From contig NSLH01000007.1 in assembly GCA_002763895.1 (NCBI GenBank), forward strand, positions 41,169 to 105,168: 64,000 nt of DNA. The letters run 5' to 3'. Numbering within the stretch: position 1 is the first letter of the stretch; every line of letters begins with the position of its first letter. A program made the position numbers and the translations under genes. This DNA is from [Chlorobium] sp. 445. GTDB lineage: Bacteria > Bacteroidota > Chlorobiia > Chlorobiales > Thermochlorobacteraceae. The notes under the pieces were generated by a model. It was not told where the DNA came from, made no database searches, and saw only the letters and a list, made by a program, of their open reading frames with translations. Positions 1-10,181 of the stretch are shown one piece after another.

Positions 1-361
1 CTGAATCGACAATATCCTCGACCACAATAACATCACGTCCAGCTAGTGATGCATCAACGGATTTGAGTTCTTTAACATTGCCAGATGAAATTTTGCGGTT
101 GCCATAGCTCGAGAGTTTGTAGAAATCCACCTCCAGATCAATCGTTTGCACTGCGCGCACAAGATCAGCCATAAAAATGAAGGCTCCATTGAGTACCCCA
201 ATAAAGATTGGACTTTTGCCTGCATAATCTTGCTCAATCTGTTTGCCAAGTTGTTCAACACGCTCAGCGATAACGCTCTCCGAGAGATAAAGCTCGAACG
301 TATCTGAACCGATGGTAATATGGCTTGGGGTATCTAAGGCTGGTGTCAGCAAGCGCGACAT
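1..361 (-). CDS. hpt: Hypoxanthine-guanine phosphoribosyltransferase, N-terminal ~120 aa (C-terminus lies beyond window start)
   Basis: Minus-strand translation from ATG at 361-359 gives MSRLLTPALDTPSHITIGSDTFELYLSESVIAERVEQLGKQIEQDYAGKSPIFIGVLNGAFIFMADLVRAV...LAGRDVIVVEDIVDSG, which carries the PRPP-binding VVEDIVDSG motif of HPRT. It is absent from the ORF track because there is no in-window stop. Confidence 0.75.
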   Translation of the reverse strand, partial: MSRLLTPALDTPSHITIGSDTFELYLSESVIAERVEQLGKQIEQDYAGKSPIFIGVLNGAFIFMADLVRAVQTIDLEVDFYKLSSYGNRKISSGNVKELKSVDASLAGRDVIVVEDIVDS

Positions 362-405
362 ATTGATGCTCAAAAAAGTTTCTTAACTCTCTGCTTGGCT
401 ATGCC

Positions 406-2172
406 ATGCAAAGTCTTCTGGATACATTTAATATAAATAATCTCGACAATACGACACTTCCACGCCGAATGCGTAAATTTGCTTGCGCACTTTTGCAACC
501 GCCAACTTGGAGTATCGCTATGCCTTTTCTGATTCATCTGCTCTCCGAAAACTTTTTGCTTCTACTTTTTCTCGTTGCAGGTATTGGGTATTTGATTGGG
601 AAAATTCGCATCAAAGGTTTTAGTCTGGGTATTGCTGCGGTCTTGTTTGTAGGACTTGCCTTTGGAGCGCTTGCACCAAGCGTGGAACTGCCCGAGTTTT
701 GTCATCTCTTTGGGCTCGTGCTCTTTGTCTATACTATTGGACTCTCAAGTGGACCAAGTTTCATTGCGTCGTTGCGCAGCGGTGGCTTAAGAGAAAACCT
801 GTTTGCGATTTCAGTGCTCATCAGTGTCGGCTTGCTTGTTGTCGGATTGAAGGAGCTCTTCGAATTTTCTGCAGGTATAGCAGCTGGCATATTTGCAGGC
901 AGCACGACCAATACCCCAGCACTTGCAAATGTGATTCAATACCTGCGCGAGCACATCAGTGCCAACAGTGAGACTGCTGTAAAACTCTTTTCTGAACCTG
1001 TCATTGCTTATTCACTCTGTTATCCGGGTGGGGTCTTGTGTGTTATTGGTGCTATCTATGTTTTGCAGCGTGCTTGGAGAGTCGACTACAAAGCTGAAAT
1101 GCAGACGCTTGCACAGGAAACAGGTGAGACTGGTACGCTGACCACGCTTACTGTGAAAATCACCAATCCCACGGTGGCTGATACCACACTCGGTGCATTG
1201 CGTCAGCAGCATCACTGGGGTGTGCGATTTGTGCGTTGGTTGCATCACGGGCATCTGCAGCTGGCATTTGACGATGCACGTCTGCAGCCAGGTGATTTCG
1301 TCAATATGATTGGCTCTCCAGAAGAAACTCGCCGTGTCGCTGCGTTCTTGGGCGAAGTTGCACCACGCCCACTTGAAGATGACCGCTCCAACCTTGATTT
1401 CAGACGCATATTTGTCTCTAATCCAGAAGTGGTCGGCAAAACCCTAGCGCAGTTGGGTCTGAGAGAAAGATTTGAAGCACGTGTGGCGCGCGTGCGCCGC
1501 GGAGATCACGACTTTTTGCCGAATGGCAACACGATGCTCTTGCTCGGCGACCGCGTACGTGTCGTAGCTCCAAAAGATCGGATGGAAGAAGTCAGTAAAT
1601 TTTTCGGCGACTCCTATAAAGCACTTAGTGAAGTTGATATTATTTCACTTGGGGTCGGCATCACGCTGGGACTTTTGTTAGGGCTCTTGCCTGTGCCCCT
1701 GCCCGGCGGCGGCACCTTCAAGTTAGGCATTGCAGGTGGACCGCTTGTTGCTGGACTTGTCTTAGGGGCAATCGGTCGCTCTGGCACAATCATCTGGAGC
1801 ATTCCTTATAGCGCCAATCTCACACTGCGACAGATTGGTTTAGTAATGTTTCTTGCTGGCGTTGGTACACGCTCGGGCTACGAATTTGCTTCGCAGGTTA
1901 GCGATCCAAGCAGCCTGCTCGTGATTCTCTCTGGTGCTATTGCTACCACCTTTTCAGCGATGGGTGCACTTTTTATTGGCTATAAACTTCTGCGCATTCC
2001 CATGGGGCGCTTGATTGGCATTGTCTCTGGCATTCACACTCAGCCAGCAGCGCTTGCTTTCGCTAATGAGCAAACCGGTAATGATATGCCGAACATGGGC
2101 TATACGGCTGTCTTTCCCTTAGTGACGATTACGAAAATTTTAATTGCGCAACTGCTTATTTCCCTGCTCTGA
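406..2172 (+). CDS. AAE-family (YidE/YbjL/AspT-like) transporter with central TrkA-C/RCK_C domains; true start may be Met at 520
   Basis: 588-aa ORF with multi-TM N- and C-terminal halves flanking a soluble middle section (…VKITNPTVADTTLGAL…, …RVRVVAPKDRMEEV…) typical of the duplicated TrkA_C region of YidE/YbjL antiporter-like proteins. Confidence 0.6.
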   Translation: MQSLLDTFNINNLDNTTLPRRMRKFACALLQPPTWSIAMPFLIHLLSENFLLLLFLVAGIGYLIGKIRIKGFSLGIAAVLFVGLAFGALAPSVELPEFCHLFGLVLFVYTIGLSSGPSFIASLRSGGLRENLFAISVLISVGLLVVGLKELFEFSAGIAAGIFAGSTTNTPALANVIQYLREHISANSETAVKLFSEPVIAYSLCYPGGVLCVIGAIYVLQRAWRVDYKAEMQTLAQETGETGTLTTLTVKITNPTVADTTLGALRQQHHWGVRFVRWLHHGHLQLAFDDARLQPGDFVNMIGSPEETRRVAAFLGEVAPRPLEDDRSNLDFRRIFVSNPEVVGKTLAQLGLRERFEARVARVRRGDHDFLPNGNTMLLLGDRVRVVAPKDRMEEVSKFFGDSYKALSEVDIISLGVGITLGLLLGLLPVPLPGGGTFKLGIAGGPLVAGLVLGAIGRSGTIIWSIPYSANLTLRQIGLVMFLAGVGTRSGYEFASQVSDPSSLLVILSGAIATTFSAMGALFIGYKLLRIPMGRLIGIVSGIHTQPAALAFANEQTGNDMPNMGYTAVFPLVTITKILIAQLLISLL

Positions 2173-2188
2173 GACGCCGCACGGGGTG

Positions 2189-2713
2189 TTACTTGAACCA
2201 AATTGAGTTCGGATATTTCTGACTTAGCATCTTATCGAAGCCGAGCCAGTGCCCTGTTGGGAAAATGATGAACAGTGCAGCCATGACGGAGAGAATGTCA
2301 ATCCAGATGTTGTAGAAGGCACCCGCTGCAAAGTTAAGCAGCATAAATAGTCCAAATGCCGCATTGAGGCGCGTTGTAACTCCAAAGACAAGTGCAAGCC
2401 CAATAATTAGCTCACCAACGGTTACAATCCACGCAATGGGCAAATAGAATGGAATTGCAAAATGGTGCAAATACGCAGCTTGAAATGTCTCGGGATGAAT
2501 CTCGCTGAGGCGGTCAATAAAGTGCAGTTTCAAAATGTCGGTCCACATCCATTCTTGCACCAGTTTATGCCAGAAGCCATAGATAAAGAATATGGCAAAG
2601 AAGTACCGCATTGCAAGAATCAGTGTAATGCCAAGTGTCTTGAACGGATGGGTTGATATGTATGACCATGTCCAAGAAAAGGATACTGGTGAAGAGATTG
2701 AGGTGGTGTTCAT
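2189..2713 (-). CDS. DoxX-family small membrane protein
   Basis: 174 aa with 4 predicted TM helices. The layout and motifs (…GELIIGLALVFGVTTRLNAAFGLFMLLNF…) resemble DoxX/DoxD-like proteins. Confidence 0.45.
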   Translation of the reverse strand: MNTTSISSPVSFSWTWSYISTHPFKTLGITLILAMRYFFAIFFIYGFWHKLVQEWMWTDILKLHFIDRLSEIHPETFQAAYLHHFAIPFYLPIAWIVTVGELIIGLALVFGVTTRLNAAFGLFMLLNFAAGAFYNIWIDILSVMAALFIIFPTGHWLGFDKMLSQKYPNSIWFK

Positions 2714-2800
2714 AGTGTTCTCCTGAAATGTTGAAATGTGTAGAAAGTGGTGAATGCAAACGGCTGAACTTGCGGTTCAGCCGTTTGTGTTGGATTCCGG

Positions 2801-4714
2801 TTAGACTTTTTCGGTTTCTTCCAGATTTGGACGTTCGGGCGCAAGTTCCCAGCGCGCTGGTGAGCGCCAGAGACTGGAGAGCAGAAGTTGACGCATCCAG
2901 TGAAATTCTTTGGGTAAGCGGTCGTAGATTTTTTCAAAGAATTCTTCGTGAGCGAGCACTTCCTGTTTCCAACTCTCACGATCTACTTCCATCAACTCTT
3001 TGAAGGTTTCTTCGGAGAAGGGAAGACCTGTAAAGTCGATGTCGTGGTAGTTGGGCATCCAGCCGAGAGGACTTTCAGTAGCATGTGCACGTCCGTGCAC
3101 TCTATCGATAATCCATTTCAGCACGCGCATGTTTTCACCAAAGCCGGGCCAGAGGAATTTGCCGTTCTTATCTTTTCTGAACCAGTTGACACAGAAGATT
3201 CTTGGCGGGTCAGGCAGTTGGCGTCCAATTTGAAGCCAGTGATTGAAGTAATCGCCCATGTGGTAACCGCAGAAGGGCAGCATCGCGAAGGGATCGCGTC
3301 GGACTTGTCCTGCACCGCCTACAGCCGCTGCCGTCATCTCTGAGCCAATTGTGGCGGCAAGATAGACGCCATAGTTCCAGTTCACAGCTTGATAGACCAG
3401 TGGCACGGTTGTGGCGCGGCGACCGCCGAAGATAAAAGCAGAAATCGGCACGCCGTTTGGATTTTCCCATTCAGGGTCCATAGATGGGCACTGTGCAGCT
3501 GGCGCCGTGAAACGCGCATTCGGGTGCGCCGCTTTGCGTCCTGTGGCTTTTGCAATTTCTGGTGTCCATTCTTGACCTTGCCAATCAATCAGGCGTTCAG
3601 GTGGCGTGTCGGTCATTTCTTCCCACCATACATCCCCATCAGGAGTAAGCGCCACATTCGTGAAAATACAGTTGGCTTTGAGCGTCTCCATCGCATTGGG
3701 GTTGGATTTGTACGATGTCCCTGGTGCGACACCAAAGAACCCTGCTTCAGGGTTGATTGCATAGAGTCTGCCATCTTTACCCGGCTTAATCCATGCAATA
3801 TCATCGCCAACTGTCGTGATTTTCCAACCTTTGAAAGCCGGTGGTGGAATCAGCATTGCAAAGTTCGTTTTGCCGCACGCACTTGGAAATGCCGCCGCAA
3901 CATAAGTCTTTTCGCCTGTGGGCGATTCCACACCCATGATGAGCATATGTTCAGCCAGCCAGCCTTCTTCGCGTGCCATCACCGATGCAATGCGCAGCGC
4001 ATAGCACTTTTTGCCTAACAGGGCATTGCCACCGTATCCTGAACCAAACGACCAAATCGTGCGCTCTTCGGGGAAATGCACAATGTACTTATGCTCTTTA
4101 TTACATGGCCACGGTACATCTTTCTGACCATTCACAAGGGGCATGCCCACAGAGTGCAGGCACTCGACAAATTCACCATCGCCGAGCGCATCGAGCACGG
4201 CACTGCCCATTCGCGTCATAATTCGCATATTGACCACCACATAGGGCGAATCCGAAATCTCTACACCAATTCTTGAAATCGGTGAGCCAATAGGTCCCAT
4301 GCTGAAGGGAATGACATACATCGTTCGCCCTCGCATCGCACCTTTGAAGAGCCCGCGTAAAATAGCTTTCATTTCCTTCGGATGCATCCAGTTGTTCGTC
4401 GGTCCAGCATCCTCACGGCGTTGGCTACAAATAAAGGTGCGATCTTCAACACGAGCGACATCACTTGGGTCAGATTTTGCGTAGTAACTATTTGGACGTT
4501 TCTCTGGGTTCAGGCGAATGAACGTGCCACTTTGCACCATCTGCTCGCAAAGGCGGTCATATTCTTCTTGGGAGCCATCGCACCAATAAATACTGTCAGG
4601 TTCGCAAAGTTCAGCAACTTCTTTTACCCACTCTAGCAAACGACGGTTTTTGACATTCGGTGGAGCATTCAAACTCTGCACCCACGGCATTGTTTCGGAA
4701 ACTACTTCGCTCAT
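2801..4714 (-). CDS. pckG: Phosphoenolpyruvate carboxykinase (GTP-dependent)
   Basis: 637 aa, full-length match to the GTP-PEPCK architecture (…[10 protein letters not shown]… kinase-1a P-loop, …FGGRR… etc.). A strong SD (AAGGAGAAG) lies 7 nt upstream of the ATG. Confidence 0.9.
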   Translation of the reverse strand: MSEVVSETMPWVQSLNAPPNVKNRRLLEWVKEVAELCEPDSIYWCDGSQEEYDRLCEQMVQSGTFIRLNPEKRPNSYYAKSDPSDVARVEDRTFICSQRREDAGPTNNWMHPKEMKAILRGLFKGAMRGRTMYVIPFSMGPIGSPISRIGVEISDSPYVVVNMRIMTRMGSAVLDALGDGEFVECLHSVGMPLVNGQKDVPWPCNKEHKYIVHFPEERTIWSFGSGYGGNALLGKKCYALRIASVMAREEGWLAEHMLIMGVESPTGEKTYVAAAFPSACGKTNFAMLIPPPAFKGWKITTVGDDIAWIKPGKDGRLYAINPEAGFFGVAPGTSYKSNPNAMETLKANCIFTNVALTPDGDVWWEEMTDTPPERLIDWQGQEWTPEIAKATGRKAAHPNARFTAPAAQCPSMDPEWENPNGVPISAFIFGGRRATTVPLVYQAVNWNYGVYLAATIGSEMTAAAVGGAGQVRRDPFAMLPFCGYHMGDYFNHWLQIGRQLPDPPRIFCVNWFRKDKNGKFLWPGFGENMRVLKWIIDRVHGRAHATESPLGWMPNYHDIDFTGLPFSEETFKELMEVDRESWKQEVLAHEEFFEKIYDRLPKEFHWMRQLLLSSLWRSPARWELAPERPNLEETEKV

Positions 4715-4941
4715 TTTACTTCTCCTTGCGTTAAAGTTTATTTTACAAGTCCCCTAATGTTAGGGCATCATTCTTCAAAACTCAAAACAGGTAACACAAC
4801 AATTTACGAAGAAAAGGCTTGTACTAAAACTATGGTCATGCACCATGCAGTTTAAATCTCATGCGCAATTTTGCAGCCCGCTCTCCAAGCTCAGGTACTC
4901 TTGTCATTCAACCATCGTTAGATACAAGTGCCAAGTAAATC

Positions 4942-5409
4942 TTATCTCCAGAATGACATGGCGCGTGCAATTGGCAGACCGCCCTCGATCACAATGCGAC
5001 GCTCCTTTTCACCTGTGCGTTCAATGCTCACACGGCGTGCGTGTTTAGGCACCATGTTAGGGAATCGATCCGCCCATTCAATCACAGAAACGCCGTCGCC
5101 ATAGAGATACTCCTCGTAGCCAATGTTGTACAATTCTTCCTCATCGTTGAGTCGATACCAATCGAAGTGATAAAGCCAGACGGGCTGCCCTCTTACACTA
5201 CCTTCGTAAATGTTAAGCAGTGAAAATGTCGGGCTGCTAATCTCCACACTGACGTTGAAGACATCCGCAATGCCACGCGTGAATTCGGTTTTACCTGCTC
5301 CAAGGCCACCTATTAGCGTAACAATATCACCACGTTGCAGCGTGGTTGCAAATTGCCGTGCCAGTTCGCGTGTCTCTTCACAGGAGCGAGTGAGACATTC
5401 TTTAGTCAA
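4942..5409 (-). CDS. tsaE: tRNA threonylcarbamoyladenosine biosynthesis protein TsaE (YjeE ATPase)
   Basis: 155 aa with Walker A GGLGAGKT followed by the conserved …PTFSL(L)N(I)Y… and …YHFDWYRL… TsaE signature blocks. Confidence 0.85.
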   Translation of the reverse strand: MTKECLTRSCEETRELARQFATTLQRGDIVTLIGGLGAGKTEFTRGIADVFNVSVEISSPTFSLLNIYEGSVRGQPVWLYHFDWYRLNDEEELYNIGYEEYLYGDGVSVIEWADRFPNMVPKHARRVSIERTGEKERRIVIEGGLPIARAMSFWR

Positions 5410-5602
5410 ACTTCAAATTGTTTTGTGTAAATAGACTTCTTCAGATACTGTGCTACCCATACCACGTAGCAAGGTTCTTGACTACATGTGTTGGATTAGA
5501 AGTTACAATCATTTCTGACTAAAATTTATGGCTCTCGAGCCTCGATTCTGTCAGCACTTTTCTTTTGCATGTTAGCAACGTTGGCATTATCACCATGCCG
5601 CT

Positions 5603-6412
5603 TTAGGCGACGCTCGGACAATTTGCTTGTGGAGGTGTAGCCGGGAGATACTTATTCAGGAAGGCTTTGATACCTGCACGGTAGTTGGGGCTATGCAACG
5701 CGTCGTTGTGTCCATACTGGATTTGCAGAAACTCTTTGGGCTCCTTTGCCGCCTCGAAGAGTCGCTTGCCATGCTCAAAGGGAATAATCTCATCATCACG
5801 GCTATGAATGACCAGCACGGGTGATTTGGCTTGTGCAACGTTCTCGAGATTGTCGTAGCGTGAGCGCATAATTTTACGCAGTGGAAAGTAAGGATAGAAC
5901 CATTTTGCAATTTGCCGCATCGTAGTAAAGGCGGCTTGTATGATTAAGGCGCCAGCTTTCACTTCTTTGCCAAGCCACGCTGCGATACTTCCGCCGAGTG
6001 AATGTCCAAAGATCACAATACGCTCCGGTGAGATTTTTTTTGTCTGTGTCAGGTATTGCCATGCCGCCTCGCCATCACGGTAGAGACCCATTTCAGTTGG
6101 TTCACCTTCGCTCTGTCCATAGCCACGGTAGTCGAAGGTCAGAACATTTAGTCCTAACTCTTGAAACAGTCGGATTTGATCAATTTGGTAAGAGATATTG
6201 CCTGAATTGCCGTGGCACAAGAGCACAGTAGCCCATGCATTTGGCTTTGGGACAAACCATCCATGCAGTAGTGTGTTGTCACTTGCATGAAATTTGACAC
6301 TCTCAAACTCCATGCCGTGTTCAGCCGGCGTGGTGATCAGCGACTTCTGTGGTGCATAAATAAAATATCGCTCTAAGTTCGCCAGCAACCCCATCGTTGT
6401 TCCCGTTGACAA
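5603..6412 (-). CDS. Alpha/beta-hydrolase fold protein (serine hydrolase)
   Basis: 269 aa with the nucleophile elbow GHSLGG and a …LLCHGNSGN… oxyanion-region motif. Confidence 0.7.
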   Translation of the reverse strand: MSTGTTMGLLANLERYFIYAPQKSLITTPAEHGMEFESVKFHASDNTLLHGWFVPKPNAWATVLLCHGNSGNISYQIDQIRLFQELGLNVLTFDYRGYGQSEGEPTEMGLYRDGEAAWQYLTQTKKISPERIVIFGHSLGGSIAAWLGKEVKAGALIIQAAFTTMRQIAKWFYPYFPLRKIMRSRYDNLENVAQAKSPVLVIHSRDDEIIPFEHGKRLFEAAKEPKEFLQIQYGHNDALHSPNYRAGIKAFLNKYLPATPPQANCPSVA

Positions 6413-6425
6413 AGCCGCTTCAGAC

Positions 6426-6779
6426 TTAGCAGGTCTGAATCTCAGTCTTCAAGTTGATTTCTTCAAGAATTGCGCTCACACGCAAACACTCCGTAATCTC
6501 ACCGTCATAGACAATCGCTTTACCTTTGTTATGCACTTCCCAAGTGCAGGCTTCAGCTTTTGCACGGCTGCAGCCTGTAGCTTTGATGATTTGATTAATC
6601 ACTTCCTCAAAGGTGTGATAATCGTCGTTGAACAGCACGACTTTATAGGGCTCATCGGTAATTGTGTCCGTATCCTCCTCGCGTTCTTGCGTCAAGATTG
6701 ACGCCTGAATTTGGAGCAAGGTATGGTATATCTGTTGCAGGTCTTTCTTCATTGCCGTCATTGCACTGAGATGTTTCAT
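6426..6779 (-). CDS. clpS: ATP-dependent Clp protease adaptor ClpS
   Basis: 117 aa. The core [20 protein letters not shown]…[18 protein letters not shown] matches the ClpS fold consensus (YKVxLxNDDxTPMEFV). Confidence 0.8.
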   Translation of the reverse strand: MKHLSAMTAMKKDLQQIYHTLLQIQASILTQEREEDTDTITDEPYKVVLFNDDYHTFEEVINQIIKATGCSRAKAEACTWEVHNKGKAIVYDGEITECLRVSAILEEINLKTEIQTC

Positions 6780-6939
6780 TGTTGCTGTTAAGTTGAGTCG
6801 TTTTTCAGGAAGATAATTCTAAACCGTGTATTTGAAAACCGTTAATGTAGGTCGAAACGTTTGCGCACTTGCTTGCAAGGGCAGATTTGTGTATTCTTCG
6901 CCCCAAGCTGCACGATGACCAGCATTCAAATTTAATCGC

Positions 6940-7808
6940 ATGCTTGGATACCTGTTTCGCAACAAGATTCATCTTTCTGCACTCTCTACTTTGGGCGCAG
7001 CAGCATGGTCAGTTTTCTTCGGCATTCCCGTTCTATGGCAATCTTTGTTAATCGTCTTTCTCGTTACATTTTCTATCTATCAATATAATCGTCTCACCGA
7101 TGATATAGAAGACACTATCAACCAGCCTGAAAATTTACAGGCTGCGCAGCGTTCTGGATTTCTCATTACCTATGTTTTTTCTACTTGGTCTCTCTGTTTT
7201 GTCTTGCCTTAGCGGCATCAGTTAGCTGGTCAGCGTTTGGCATCACACTTTTTCTTGAAGTTGTCGGTTTTGTCTATAACCAGAGGTGTTTTCCTGATTG
7301 GCTTGCTCGTAGACTCGGTGGGGCACGGCGACTTAAAGATCTCTACATCATCAAAAATCTTGCGCCGCCGGTAGATTGGGCTACAGCCATGATTTTTCTG
7401 CCGCTCATTTTCGCAGACGAACCCTTGAGCTTGCAAGCCTGGATTTGCTGGGGATATATTTTTACCTGTGCCTTTTTCATTGAGGTCATGTGGGATATTC
7501 GCGATCGGCACGGTGATTTGCTCTCAGGTATCAAGACCATTGCAAATACGCTCTCGCTTTATCGCACGAAAGCGTTTTTAGTCATTTCAAGTTCCCTTTC
7601 TGGTTTAGGATTGTTCCTTGCGACCTATTTTGGCATCCTGCCCAGTGTGTCTTACTTTTTGCTCTCTAACAATCTTGCGGTCATGGTAATTGCAAGTTCT
7701 TATGATGACGATTTACCTGATGCAGGGCGCTGGCTTAGCGATATGACCATCATGCTTGCACTTTTACTTTTCACTTCCTTTGCGGCGCTGGCGTATTTTG
7801 TGCGTTAG
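6940..7808 (+). pseudogene. UbiA-superfamily prenyltransferase, split by a frameshift near 7185-7212 (likely sequencing indel)
   Basis: Two overlapping ORFs in different frames (6940-7212 and 7185-7808). The first carries N-x-x-x-D-x-x-x-D (YNRLTDDIED). The second carries the second Asp-rich motif D-x-x-D-x-x-x-D (WDIRDRHGD) plus multiple TM helices. Confidence 0.6.
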
Positions 7809-9240
7809 TCTTGCTTTTCCTGATACGTTCTCGCCTGCATATACTCACGCAATTGTTGAATTTTTTCCTCTATTTCTCGGATGGCATTTTCAGCTTCGCG
7901 CCGTGAATCATCTATGGTAAGTGTGGTTTGCGCCATCTGCATCTGATTATTGATTCGATCAACCAAAAATGCCATTTCTTGCACCAGTTGTATCACGACT
8001 TGATCTTGCAGAATTTGTGCGCGGCGCTGCAGCAGAATGACCACACATTGAATCGGCACATCGCGCAATCGACTTCCTTCTAAGACGCCCATGGTTTGAC
8101 TATTATCTGTTGCCATCATAGCAAGCAACGCATTTTCATTGCAGCCAAACATGTTGATACCTCCGACGCGCGCTGCTTTGAAGACGGGATGATTGAAAAG
8201 ATCCTGCGCTCGTCCTGAACGCAGAGAGGTAAGATTTGACCGCGCTACACTGGTTCCCGCTTGCGACATTAGCTTGATTTCCCTCACAGCTGCAAGCTGC
8301 TCAGGCGCTAAGGCAGTTACCACAATCTGCGGTGCATAGTAGAGGCGCAGCGAGTCGACGGTTTTATCATTTTTGTAGTATTTGTTCAGAAACTCTGTTG
8401 CCGGTCTATACCCAAGACTTTGTGCTTTAACGACATCTGACAAGCCTTTGTCTTTGAGTCCCATGCCGAGTTTGAGTGTGCCACTTTCGAAGAGCAACTC
8501 TGGATAATCGGGGTTCAGTTCTATAGCGCGCTCAAAATCAGCTAGAGCAAGTGCGTATTGTTTTTGGCGTCGGTAGAATGCCGCACGTAATCGGTAGGCA
8601 TCAGCATCGTTGCGGCGACGAATCAACTCGGCATAGTCTTTTAGAGCAAGCTCATTTTTTCCAAGCATGGCGTAACATGCGGCACGCTGTGAGTAGGCTT
8701 CATCGAATGGTGTGCGACTGTTGATCACGGTTGTCAAATCTTTAATTGCTTCCTCGATTGCACCGAGTTCAATTCTTACCATAGCTCGGTAGAAATACAC
8801 TTGCACACTATCAGGCACAAGGCTAAGGGCTGCAGTAAAATCTGCATTGGCTCGTGAGAAATTGCGTGCGGCTCTGGCTAACTGACCACGGAAAATGTAT
8901 GCCTCGAAGTTCGTCGGCTCTAATGCCAACGCTTTGTTGTAATCAGCAAATGCACCTATCGTGTCGTTGATGAACTGTTTGGCGTAGCCGCGCATCAAGT
9001 AGGCACGTAGGTTGAGAGAGTCATAATGTATGGCGTCTGAAAACAACTTCACGGCGCGCGCAAATTCCGCACGACGCATAGCACTAATTCCCTCGGCATA
9101 AAGCTATCGCCTATCGTGTAACTTAGCTCTTTTTGTTTGTCTTTACTTGTGATTTGCTTAGACTGTGCACACACTGCAAACGGCAAGAGCACACTTACAA
9201 GAAGCAGTATCCATACTTTTTTCATCATCATCTCTTGCAT
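7805..9240 (-). pseudogene. Secreted TPR-repeat protein: signal-peptide ORF (9049-9240) and TPR ORF (7805-9079) separated by a 1-nt shift
   Basis: The 63-aa upstream ORF is a clean signal peptide (MKKVWILLLVSVLLPFAVCAQ). The TPR frame stays open upstream of its ATG (…YAEGISAMRRAEF…) until a TAG. Adding one T to the TTT run at 9100-9102 (minus-strand view) fuses the two. Confidence 0.55.
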
Positions 9241-9285
9241 GTTCTATCTTAGATTTTACTCACCAGTTTCATCTTCTTAGAAAGA

Positions 9286-9315
9286 GAGAACGCCAACGAA
9301 AAGTTGGCGTTTCTC
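9286..9315 (-). terminator. Hairpin (9-bp perfect stem AACGCCAAC/GTTGGCGTT, GAAAA loop) downstream of the DUF4397 gene; weak T tract
   Basis: Seen directly in sequence at 9288-9312. Confidence 0.3.
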
Positions 9316-9340
9316 AGTTGAGCGCTTATGGTTTTTTAGC

Positions 9341-10153
9341 TTAGTTATTCAAATATGATGTTACGCCCAACGCTGCTGCACCACTTGCACCCACCAATCC
9401 CCTTGCCAGTACTGTATAGACACGGCGAGGCGCCACGGTCAGTGTTGCACTTGTTACAGTTTGAGTGCCTGCCACAATATCAATGCGGAAGGTGCCTGTA
9501 TCAATCGGCACAAACTCGCGCACATCTTTGTAGCGCGTTTCACCAAAGAGTTCTTGATTGGTGATGCCGGGGCTACTGGTTCGTGTAATCAGCACACGCA
9601 CGCCGGGTGCATTTGGCGAGAAATGTCCAAAGCGAATGCTGCCACGAAAGACCGTCAGATCTGGAAAACTTGGAACATCGTCTTGCACTACTTTTGGTTG
9701 AATGCCTCCAGCAGTTCCCACTGTGTCTGAGATGAAGATGGTGTAGGCACGGTTTGCTGCGACACTGATATCGGCTTGCGCCACGACACGTGGATCTGGG
9801 GAAGCCAAGGGTGGGCGTGCCGCTACGCCACCGGGCGCTGCAAAGACTTTCAGGTTTCTGTTGCCTGCCTCCACACCAATATAGCCTGTATTGCCTAAAT
9901 AGGGCACTGCAGGTCCAGTAAAGCGTGGAACTGCTCCTGGAATGCTGCGGTTCAAAAACGCAAAGACTGAATCGCCAACGATACGATTATCCAAAAGCAA
10001 ATCTACTGTACCAGCATTTGCAGATAGATGCAGGACGCGAATGCTTCCGATTTCAGGTGTCTCACCTGTTGTCGGCAGATTTGAGCATGATGTTGCCGCT
10101 ACGGAAAGCGTTAGTGCAATTGCTACAACAAGCAGGTATTTTTGTTTGAGCAT
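9341..10153 (-). CDS. DUF4397-like lipoprotein encoded immediately downstream of a SusC/SusD pair
   Basis: 270 aa with a lipoprotein signal (…LTLSVAATSCSN…). Two repeated beta-rich halves each contain a …RVLHLS/…VRVLI… type motif typical of DUF4397. Confidence 0.5.
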   Translation of the reverse strand: MLKQKYLLVVAIALTLSVAATSCSNLPTTGETPEIGSIRVLHLSANAGTVDLLLDNRIVGDSVFAFLNRSIPGAVPRFTGPAVPYLGNTGYIGVEAGNRNLKVFAAPGGVAARPPLASPDPRVVAQADISVAANRAYTIFISDTVGTAGGIQPKVVQDDVPSFPDLTVFRGSIRFGHFSPNAPGVRVLITRTSSPGITNQELFGETRYKDVREFVPIDTGTFRIDIVAGTQTVTSATLTVAPRRVYTVLARGLVGASGAAALGVTSYLNN

Positions 10154-10181
10154 TTTCTCACGTTTTTAAAGTTCCGAAAAG

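Noticed and set aside
3389-4018. 209-aa plus-strand ORF antisense to pckG
   Set aside because: pckG is confidently identified end to end. The antisense ORF is Cys/Arg/Phe-rich junk.
4715-4941. Scanned intergenic regions over 150 bp (4715-4941, 19864-20184, 37556-37842, 48638-48851, 62447-62692, 63434-63843) for tRNA or small RNA genes
   Set aside because: No cloverleaf-compatible acceptor or anticodon stem pattern was seen, nor conserved sRNA-like structure with terminator, by eye. Small RNAs cannot be excluded without covariance-model searches.
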